Assembly: GCA_965195285.1 (NCBI GenBank)
Contig: CBDAFS010000036.1
Span: 1-32,000, forward strand
Direction: 5' to 3'
DNA: 32,000 bases
Origin: an uncultured Aminicenantes bacterium
Lineage (GTDB): Bacteria; Acidobacteriota; Aminicenantia; UBA2199
In this document: piece after piece, positions 1 to 7,208 of the stretch
Numbering within the stretch: position 1 is the stretch's first letter
Layout: the number at the start of each line of letters is the position of its first letter
Notes under the pieces: model-generated
Database searches by the model: none
What the model saw: the letters and a program-made list of their open reading frames with translations, nothing else
Told to the model about the DNA's origin: nothing
Translations under genes and position numbers: made by a program

Positions 1-71
1 AAAAACATGGCAATGGTCATTAAACCAAATACTCCAACAAAAACTTTTTTCTTAGAATAAAAACTTTTCAT
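1..71 (-). CDS. 5' end of a CDS running off the left edge (hydrophobic N-terminus, possible signal peptide or TM helix)
   Basis: The reverse complement of 1..71 reads ATG AAA AGT TTT ... = MKSFYSKKKVFVGVFGLMTIAMF, with no stop before the window edge. The ATG lies 4 nt downstream of the stop (76..78) of the preceding minus-strand gene. It is too short for a family call. Confidence 0.3.
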   Translation of the reverse strand, partial: MKSFYSKKKVFVGVFGLMTIAMF

Positions 72-75
72 TGTT

Positions 76-1146
76 TTACTTATTGTAGGCCCAGCCAAGT
101 GAGACAGAAATACCAAAATCATTTTTTTCAAAATCAATATCACCTCCCACAGGCGGATCGCTGTCATAGACATCAAAAAATGTTAATCCCCAGAAAAAGT
201 CTTTAAAAATCTCAATCTGTAATGAGCTGCGCAATTCGGCGCGATACCTACCCCAGGTGGTTATTCCGGGATAAACGGCCAGGCTGGTCGTTATATCCAC
301 CGTATTTCCTTCGTATTTAAACGTATCATAGGTAACTCCCAGGAGGATTTCAGCATTCCACCGAGAGGTTTCAAAACCGCTGTACTGCTCGTTGATACCG
401 ACCAACCCGGCAAAAAATGCCAGGTTTGTCTTGTTGGATTGAATAACCGTATAACCATAGGCTCCACCGGCCAAAAAACGATGATTCAATCCCATCTCAT
501 CATTCTGCCGAGCAGAGGCAAGCAGGATAAGACTTTTCCTTTCTTTGAGAAACCGGCGCAGCATCAGTTTCAGCGAATTCCGGGTGGTACTGTCAACAGC
601 TTCTTGATCCGAGAGAAATGAGTCAGCTTCTGCTTTAAACTCCTGTTTTTTTCCACGGGAGCTTATGCTACCGGCAAAGTTCCACTTGATATCCTGACTG
701 GCCTTGTTATAACTGAATCCCACACTCAAAGAGATTTTTAAACGTCTCAGAAATTTTTGTTCCATAGGGATTATTCTTATGACCGAGTCGATAGGCAAAC
801 TGTTCTTAGAATTTTGACTGGTCACCCTAATTTCTCCCTTTTCAGAGGATTTTTGCAGATAGCCGAAAAATTTCTGGCCGTTTTCGGTTTCCACCTCAAA
901 ACGGTTTTTGCTGAAAACAGCTGCTACTTTTGGCCATTCGATGAAAATGGTGCCCATATCATCGGTTGAGTACTTCAGTAATCCCCGGTCCATTTTTTTT
1001 ATTTCCCCGGTGATTTTATCTCCATTTTTCATAATCACGACATCGGTTTTCTGGGCCTGAATAAAACCCGCACCCATAACCACCATCAACAGATAAAGGA
1101 CTATTTTCTGAATACAATGATTAACAGATATAGATATTTTTTTCAT
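76..1146 (-). CDS. DUF481-type outer-membrane beta-barrel protein with signal peptide
   Basis: ATG start and a hydrophobic signal-like N-terminus (LYLLMVVMGAGFIQA). The N-terminal module VIMKNGDKITGEIKKMDRGLLKYSTDDMGTIFIEWPKV is typical of DUF481/YdiY-like proteins. Alternating beta-strand pattern, with a C-terminal ...YDSDPPVGGDIDFEKNDFGISVSLGWAY ending. Confidence 0.75.
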   Translation of the reverse strand: MKKISISVNHCIQKIVLYLLMVVMGAGFIQAQKTDVVIMKNGDKITGEIKKMDRGLLKYSTDDMGTIFIEWPKVAAVFSKNRFEVETENGQKFFGYLQKSSEKGEIRVTSQNSKNSLPIDSVIRIIPMEQKFLRRLKISLSVGFSYNKASQDIKWNFAGSISSRGKKQEFKAEADSFLSDQEAVDSTTRNSLKLMLRRFLKERKSLILLASARQNDEMGLNHRFLAGGAYGYTVIQSNKTNLAFFAGLVGINEQYSGFETSRWNAEILLGVTYDTFKYEGNTVDITTSLAVYPGITTWGRYRAELRSSLQIEIFKDFFWGLTFFDVYDSDPPVGGDIDFEKNDFGISVSLGWAYNK

Positions 1147-1215
1147 TGCTTTAACTCCAATAGTAAAAATCCAATTTAAAACAAAATGGAAAAATTTTCA
1201 AGGGACTTCTGAAAT

Positions 1216-2550
1216 TTATCGTACCCGTTCCCGCTGACGTACCGCTTTTTCATACCCTCCCAGGCAAAACTGAATCCGGAATCCTTTTTCTCCAAAGCCA
1301 ATGTCAAAACGGGTAACACCAACTACAGGAACCAAAAAACGAATGCCCAACCCATAGCCGGCAATAAAATTTCTTCGAAATTCTTCAGAACCATTCCAGG
1401 CCGTGCCGGCATCCGCAAAAAATGCCAGCTGCAGTCCAACGGGTAAAGAAAATCCCAATATCCTAAAAAGTTTTGGCTCTCTGATTGTATAACGGTATTC
1501 AATTGTATTGATAAACTGGTTTTTTCCGGAACGGGCATTCACTTCCCAGCCCCGGATGGTATTACTGCCACCGATGGAAAAATCCTGCCAGGGAGCGATT
1601 TCATTCCCTACCTCACCGGTGGTCAGGGTGGTCAAGGAAAAAAGAGCCAGGGTCTGCCGTCTGGACAGTGAAACATATCGGCGAAAATCAAGGTTCACCC
1701 TCCAGAAATCACTATCCCCACCAAATAATCCGGTTCGGATTACCTCTAACTCATTCCACCATCCGTTCCGGGTATTGATTAAATCATCCCGGCTGTCATA
1801 TCCAATAAAAATGCCTGCGATATTAACCTGATCCGCATCATCATCAGATAGCGTATTACCCGGAAGATCGCTGATAATGGATTGATAGTTTAAACGCCCG
1901 CCTATCCGGATGTTCTTTCCGATGCGCACGGCAACCGTAAAGAACAATTCAGTGGCAGTTTCAAAAAAACCATCTGTCCTATTATCCCTCTCACTATAGC
2001 TGCTCTCCAGCCGGTAGGAAAAGAGAGTACGGGAAAATACAGGCTGATCCAGGATGAATTTGAAAGTGGATGCACCCCCGAAGGTTCCGAATACGGTGCT
2101 ATATATGGCCTGACCGAACAGGTTCAGCATCTTGACCCCTCCCCCGACCGCAATTCCGTTTTCATCGGTGATCTGAAATTTTAAGGTGGGCAGTATGGGC
2201 GAAGTTTCCACAACCTTTACCTGAAGTCTGATTCCTCCTTTGATTTCCTCGGGAAAGACTTCAAATGAGGTAAATATTCCCAACCGTTTCAGCTGTGATT
2301 GATCCAGAAGGGTATTCTCCTCCTTATAGATTGTCCCCACCTGGGAGGCCATTTCTCCTAAAATCACCTTTTCTTTTGTCTGCTTGTTGCCAATGATCCG
2401 GATCTCCCTGATCACTTTGCCAAAAAATATTTTTTCAGAGCCCCGGGGATTGGAACCCAATATCAAAACATTGAATAAAAAAAACAGAAACAGACAGACA
2501 AAAGATTTAAAATATTTTGTTCCTCCGCTCTGTCTTATTTCCAAACTCAT
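1216..2550 (-). CDS. Omp85 (BamA/TamA-family) outer-membrane protein: one POTRA domain plus a surface-antigen barrel
   Basis: POTRA-like segment IREIRIIGNKQTKEKVILGEMASQVGTIYKEENTLLDQSQLKRLGIFTSFEV...LQVKVVE. It is followed by an Omp85-barrel-like sequence (GGSNTIRGW, FFADAGTAW, GYGLGIRF..TRFDIGF). ATG start. Confidence 0.8.
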   Translation of the reverse strand: MSLEIRQSGGTKYFKSFVCLFLFFLFNVLILGSNPRGSEKIFFGKVIREIRIIGNKQTKEKVILGEMASQVGTIYKEENTLLDQSQLKRLGIFTSFEVFPEEIKGGIRLQVKVVETSPILPTLKFQITDENGIAVGGGVKMLNLFGQAIYSTVFGTFGGASTFKFILDQPVFSRTLFSYRLESSYSERDNRTDGFFETATELFFTVAVRIGKNIRIGGRLNYQSIISDLPGNTLSDDDADQVNIAGIFIGYDSRDDLINTRNGWWNELEVIRTGLFGGDSDFWRVNLDFRRYVSLSRRQTLALFSLTTLTTGEVGNEIAPWQDFSIGGSNTIRGWEVNARSGKNQFINTIEYRYTIREPKLFRILGFSLPVGLQLAFFADAGTAWNGSEEFRRNFIAGYGLGIRFLVPVVGVTRFDIGFGEKGFRIQFCLGGYEKAVRQRERVR

Positions 2551-2604
2551 TTAGAAATATTACACTTTGTAACGCCGGTAAATCAGATTCAATCGAAAAG
2601 ATGA

Positions 2605-4716
2605 TCAGCGGCGCCGGCGGCTGCCGCTTCTGGAGCTACTGCGATAGTTCTGGGTTCGAGAATTTCCCCGCTGACGTGATTGAGATTGCCTGTTGAGGTT
2701 GGATCTCTGGGTTTTCTGGGCGGATGGATAAGAAGACCAGCCTTTTTTCGTTTTTTGCTGCCATTGATTCCCCTGGTTGCGATATACATTTCCCTTCTTG
2801 TTTGAATAAACATTGTTGGGATAACGCTTGGGTGTCATCTGTTTTCCAGGTGATTTGGGTCTGTATGGTGATACTTTTGGTGTTCTAACCCCTGGCCTGG
2901 GTTTATGATAAACCGTAGGGTATCGACCCCTTCCGCGGTAGGGAGAGATCCTGGGATATCCCGGCCGGTATCCTCTCCGGTAATGAGCGGCACGATAACC
3001 TCTCCAGAAACCATGATGAAATCCCGCCCGGTAACCATACCGGTAAGGCATCGGACCCCACCAGGGTCCAAATCCGACTCCCCAGCCCGCTCTGAACCAG
3101 CCAAAACCGTAGCCGGCGTGAAAACCCCAGCCGGTCCAGGGATTCCAGTGTACGCCAAAACCCCAGGTTACCATACGGGGATAATAGTAGGGCCCCCACC
3201 AGGGAGAGTACATCCATCCGGTGCCGTAAACAACACAACCATTGTAAATATAGGAACCAGAATAACCCGGAGTATATCCCACATGCACCACTTTCGGGGT
3301 GTAATCATAAACATATACATACTTCACATTGTAGTGGGGATTACTGGGGGGGATTTTTTGAATCTCAGGAGGAACCTTGACACATACCGAATAAGGCCCA
3401 TTGGGGCTGTTGGCCTCATACCAGACCGCATCTTCGCAACCGTAATAACGGTTTTTTATTTTAAATACCGCACTCTGGGTATTAACCGCATAGGCCATGT
3501 CAACGCCCTTTATATTTTCAAATTTCGGACTGCCATCGTATTTCACTTTCAGGCCGGCTTTATTCCGGTCCACCTCGGCTGTCTTGGGAATGGCATTTTC
3601 CAGCAGAGATTCTTTGGCCTGCTGGGTCCCGGCCACATGGGCCAAAATATTCCCCATGTCCGATTCAGGGGGGATTTTGGCAAAATCAGCAGAAATCTTG
3701 TCGGGAGATATGTGGTTCCATTTGTTGCTTAAAAGAGATGGTGATGTATACCAGCGGCCGGATATTAATATATAGTATTTCTGGGATTTGATATCCATCA
3801 GAATATCATTCTCAGTATTGGTGACATATAGAAGCTGTGTACCCTGAATGGGCGCCAGTTTTGGTTTACCATCGGTCAGGATTAATTCAACCGGTTTAGT
3901 GCTAATAATGATTTTGGGAACCACCGTACTCTTGGTTTTGGAAATTTCCCCTTTTTGTTCTTTTTCAAGGTCTTCCTGCTGTTTTTTTCGTTGTTCCTCC
4001 ATTTTTTCAGCCAGTTTAGCCACTTGAGAGGGAATCCTGGTGGTCTGTTGCCAGGGGCCCAGGACCTTCTGGGAGGCAAACCAGTATGCACCACCCTTCA
4101 GATAATATTTTTTTTGAGAAGGATCAAGGACAATAAAATAAGGGGTGTTCAATACATACTGCAGAGAAGTGTTTTCGATCTTTTTTAATTTTGGCTCACC
4201 ATCAATGAGAACCAAAACCGAGGGCTCGGTAGCCAATATGATTTTTGGGTGGACGTGCTTTAAACCCTGATCCACGGCCTTGACCTCTTGAACCAATTCC
4301 ATAGCCGCCAGTAAGCGGTCAAGAGACAGCCGCAAATCCCACTTGGGAATTTCTTTCTCCAGAAAACTGATTAATTTTTCCTCATGTTCCTTTTTGGCAT
4401 TGGGAAACTTAACCGCAGTTACCCTTACACTCTCCAGGCTAACCATACGTGTAGAAAAATCGGTCTTGACTCTGGCCCTAATCCAGATAGCACCAAACAC
4501 CGGTTCGCTTTTTTCCTTCATAGTAACCGATACCGCTGTTCTGGCTTCAAGTATATTTCTATCAAACTTTTCCAACTGTGGCTGGTATACAATCACTTTG
4601 GCATTCGGCGCTTCTATTTCCCGGGGCCAATCCTGGGAAATTCCTGGTGTAGCAAGCCATATCAACAAACCTGCAAATAAAAGGCAACATGTTAATGGTT
4701 TTTTTCTTAATAACAA
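2605..4716 (-). CDS. Secreted protein of unknown function with an internal duplication and a W/G/Y/R/P-rich low-complexity C-terminal tail
   Basis: TTG start (4716..4714) preceded by AAGGAGGA on the minus strand. Signal peptide LLFAGLLIWLATPGISQ. Two homologous segments (PKIILATEPSVLVLIDGEPKL... and PKIIISTKPVELILTDGKPKL...). The last ~200 aa are dominated by GW/GF/GY/RG and end in RRRR. Confidence 0.7.
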   Translation of the reverse strand: MLLRKKPLTCCLLFAGLLIWLATPGISQDWPREIEAPNAKVIVYQPQLEKFDRNILEARTAVSVTMKEKSEPVFGAIWIRARVKTDFSTRMVSLESVRVTAVKFPNAKKEHEEKLISFLEKEIPKWDLRLSLDRLLAAMELVQEVKAVDQGLKHVHPKIILATEPSVLVLIDGEPKLKKIENTSLQYVLNTPYFIVLDPSQKKYYLKGGAYWFASQKVLGPWQQTTRIPSQVAKLAEKMEEQRKKQQEDLEKEQKGEISKTKSTVVPKIIISTKPVELILTDGKPKLAPIQGTQLLYVTNTENDILMDIKSQKYYILISGRWYTSPSLLSNKWNHISPDKISADFAKIPPESDMGNILAHVAGTQQAKESLLENAIPKTAEVDRNKAGLKVKYDGSPKFENIKGVDMAYAVNTQSAVFKIKNRYYGCEDAVWYEANSPNGPYSVCVKVPPEIQKIPPSNPHYNVKYVYVYDYTPKVVHVGYTPGYSGSYIYNGCVVYGTGWMYSPWWGPYYYPRMVTWGFGVHWNPWTGWGFHAGYGFGWFRAGWGVGFGPWWGPMPYRYGYRAGFHHGFWRGYRAAHYRRGYRPGYPRISPYRGRGRYPTVYHKPRPGVRTPKVSPYRPKSPGKQMTPKRYPNNVYSNKKGNVYRNQGNQWQQKTKKGWSSYPSAQKTQRSNLNRQSQSRQRGNSRTQNYRSSSRSGSRRRR

Positions 4717-4784
4717 TTTGTCCTCCTTATTATTATAATTCTATAAGTTTTTAATTCTAAATTAAATATGGAATAAAATCAAAT

Positions 4785-4798
4785 TGGACTTTGGTCTA
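4785..4798. promoter_or_regulatory. Copy 1 of a recurrent palindromic motif, TGGACTTTGGTCTA
   Basis: Lies about 75 nt upstream of the 2605..4716 minus-strand start. 13 of 14 positions match the perfect inverted repeat at 7016..7029. Confidence 0.3.
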
Positions 4799-4815
4799 AT
4801 AGAAAAAGTAAATAC

Positions 4816-6198
4816 TTAAAAAGAAAAACCCAGCACCACCATAATACTGGAATAATTAAATTGCACATTATCTATAATGGCCAGCAATTCTTCATCCAGA
4901 CGGTCTCTGATCTGATCCAGGACCAATTCTCTCTTGTTGGTTCCGTAGGAGTATCCAATGCCCAGAGTGATGTTATACTTACTGATACTGAAAATGGCAC
5001 CCGCCATAAAATGAAAAAGATCCCAGTTGGTAATGGTCAGATTGGTTTCACTTACAAGCGATTCCGCTGAGTAATCAGTCCTGAAGCTGGCATAAGCTGC
5101 AAAACGCTTGCCAAAAACATGCTCAATTCCAATGGCAAAATTGAGCACACTATCCACCTCATGGGTTAACGAAAAATCAATCTCTTCGCCACTGGTTTGA
5201 GAATAACTGGTTTCCAGGTCCAAAACATCAAATGTCTTAATAGCCGAATACCACTCTGCACTGAAATACAGCCGGGTCCTTTTCAATTTATAGGTGAAGC
5301 CGAATCCAATCGAGAATGGAGTTGGAAAATGGGAATTCACATCCTGTTGATAGTCAGCAGCCATTTCAGCTTCTCCATTATCAACCTCACCCGGATATTG
5401 ACCGATGGCAGTATTATTATACCCGGCAGTGCCGGTTCCAAATAGCTTGATACTGGGGGTGGTCAGGGTGAATCCCAGGGTCCATTTACTGAAATCAAAG
5501 GCCAAACCCAGCTTCCAGAGAGTTCGGACGTTTAAATACTCGTATTCACCAGAATTCAAGTTAAAGATCATGTCCGTCTGGTCCGGAAGAATCTCTGCAA
5601 CCAATTGGTATTGGGCCTCATGACTGCGATACATAAGATACTGGCTGATACCAACACCAATATTATCCGCAATCTTGTATGCCCAGGTCAATCCAGCCCA
5701 GGTTTCAGACAGGGTTTCATTCAATACAACCCTGGCAAAAACCTCCTCATTTCCGGGAAGTTCTTTTAAAAGGTCAAAAGAATTCACAACGGTCCCGACA
5801 ATATCCAGTTCGACCGAATGACGGGTAAAATATGAATAAGCCAGTATGTACTTCTGCTTGGTTTTCACATTGAGTATCCCGGCCACCATTGATGGCGCGG
5901 GCCTTATGATAGACTCGCTCAATTCGACGTCGGATTCATTCAGATTTTTCATTGAGTATGTCGGATATTGATAAGCCAGGTTAGCCATTAGAACATCGGG
6001 ATCATCCATTAAAGCGAGCCCTCCCGGATTGTAAAAGGTTCCACTGAGGTCCAGAACACCACCGATTACCGATCCACCCAGCAAAGTGGATTTGGTGCCG
6101 TACTGATAGGTCCAGTAATTGGTGTCCTGGGCCAGGGAAAAACGGATTCCAATCACACCAATAAAAAAAACAAAAAGTAAAATTCTGAATCTACACAT
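4816..6198 (-). CDS. Putative outer-membrane beta-barrel protein (family not recognised)
   Basis: ATG start and signal peptide (ILLFVFFIGVIGIRFSLAQ). Alternating amphipathic strands throughout. The C-terminal ...MVVLGFSF has the terminal aromatic residue typical of OMPs. Confidence 0.65.
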   Translation of the reverse strand: MCRFRILLFVFFIGVIGIRFSLAQDTNYWTYQYGTKSTLLGGSVIGGVLDLSGTFYNPGGLALMDDPDVLMANLAYQYPTYSMKNLNESDVELSESIIRPAPSMVAGILNVKTKQKYILAYSYFTRHSVELDIVGTVVNSFDLLKELPGNEEVFARVVLNETLSETWAGLTWAYKIADNIGVGISQYLMYRSHEAQYQLVAEILPDQTDMIFNLNSGEYEYLNVRTLWKLGLAFDFSKWTLGFTLTTPSIKLFGTGTAGYNNTAIGQYPGEVDNGEAEMAADYQQDVNSHFPTPFSIGFGFTYKLKRTRLYFSAEWYSAIKTFDVLDLETSYSQTSGEEIDFSLTHEVDSVLNFAIGIEHVFGKRFAAYASFRTDYSAESLVSETNLTITNWDLFHFMAGAIFSISKYNITLGIGYSYGTNKRELVLDQIRDRLDEELLAIIDNVQFNYSSIMVVLGFSF

Positions 6199-6303
6199 GT
6201 TTTTTCGCTCTCATCTTTTGCATCCAAATAGAGATTCGCATTTGTTTATATCGGATTTAAGAATTCCAATTTCAGAATACAATCAAATAAAAAAAAAATC
6301 AAT

Positions 6304-6317
6304 ACAACTTTAGTCCA
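6304..6317. promoter_or_regulatory. Weaker copy 2 of the recurrent motif, ACAACTTTAGTCCA
   Basis: Lies about 113 nt upstream of the 4816..6198 minus-strand start. 10 of 14 positions match 7016..7029, and the right half-site GTCCA is intact. Confidence 0.2.
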
Positions 6318-6356
6318 ACGGTTTTAGAACGGGCTCAAAAATCGATTTGCTTCGAT

Positions 6357-6896
6357 TTATTTAAAGCGGGGAAATTCTTTCAAAATTTTTGATACGGCTT
6401 CCTGTATAACTGGCTCCAATTCATCAGGAATCAAATCGGGTTCCAATACCTTCTGGGCCACTCCCCGCCAGATCAACTTTTTATCCCCTGCTTTTATAAC
6501 ATCAATAATCAGAGTACTGCCCTCAAAGGCATAGGCATCGATGATCTCCCCCCAATAATCCGACTCTCTCCAGTAGGCTTCGCGGTTGGCATAGTCATAG
6601 CCCCAGTCGGTTATGTTTAAACGGCCCTGTACATAAGTATGCACTGCAATTAAAAGTTTAGGATCCTCCTGAACTTTTAAATACCCCTTGTCTTCCAGAT
6701 TACGGGATATTTCATTTTTCAGAATTTCCATAACTATAGGACTTACCGTAACCGTAGCCGGTATCTTCAGGAAATCAAAACTCTTATACTCAGAAAAATC
6801 CTCCTTCAGGTTGTAATCGTATTTGACCTTCATCGTGGAACAGTTCACCATGAAGAGGAAACCAATCAAAACCATCAAAACAAGAAACTTTCTCAT
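6357..6896 (-). CDS. DUF4136-type lipoprotein
   Basis: Lipobox-like FLFMVNC. The C-terminal part, GSTLIIDVIKAGDKKLIWRGVAQ, matches the DUF4136 signature. ATG start. Confidence 0.7.
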   Translation of the reverse strand: MRKFLVLMVLIGFLFMVNCSTMKVKYDYNLKEDFSEYKSFDFLKIPATVTVSPIVMEILKNEISRNLEDKGYLKVQEDPKLLIAVHTYVQGRLNITDWGYDYANREAYWRESDYWGEIIDAYAFEGSTLIIDVIKAGDKKLIWRGVAQKVLEPDLIPDELEPVIQEAVSKILKEFPRFK

Positions 6897-7015
6897 TCTA
6901 CACCTCTCTCATTTATTTTATTTTAGCCCAAAATGCCAGATTAACAAAGATTCCACTTTATAAAATATATTTTCCTTACTTACTTTATACTGTATTTCTC
7001 CATATTTTGTTTAGC

Positions 7016-7029
7016 TGGACTTTGGTCCA
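7016..7029. promoter_or_regulatory. Perfect inverted repeat TGGAC-TTTG-GTCCA (copy 3 of the recurrent motif) in the divergent intergenic region
   Basis: TGGAC and GTCCA are exact reverse complements separated by 4 nt. The site is about 126 nt upstream of the DUF4136 gene start and about 185 nt upstream of the NACHT gene start. Confidence 0.35.
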
Positions 7030-7121
7030 ATGGGATCATTCCAAAATCAATTGTGACGACAGGGATTTTGGTTATCTATTGTTTTCTAAATCAAAACCGG
7101 GGAATTCCTGTCCGGGTTACC

Positions 7122-7150
7122 TTGACTTTGATTTCCCTTTTTGTTATTAA
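7122..7150 (+). promoter_or_regulatory. Candidate sigma70-type promoter for the NACHT operon
   Basis: TTGACT (7122..7127), a 17-nt spacer, then TATTAA (7145..7150), about 59 nt upstream of the ATG at 7209. This is a sequence match only. Confidence 0.3.
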
Positions 7151-7208
7151 ATCCTTTAGAAGCTCATTCACCAAACCAGAGAAACCATGAAAAATCAGGA
7201 GAGAATAA

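Noticed and set aside
2905-3732. 275-aa plus-strand ORF opposite the 703-aa secreted-protein gene
   Set aside because: It is an artefact of the low-complexity GC-rich W/G/Y/R region on the other strand. It has no SD or recognisable motif, and the minus-strand ORF has a signal peptide, a strong SD and an internal duplication.
7016-7029. Reading the TGGAC...GTCCA motif as a sigma54 (-24 GG / -12 GC) promoter
   Set aside because: On the minus strand the GG-to-GC spacing in TGGACCAAAGTCCAGC is one nt too long. The copy at 4785 lacks the GC element altogether. A palindromic operator fits better.
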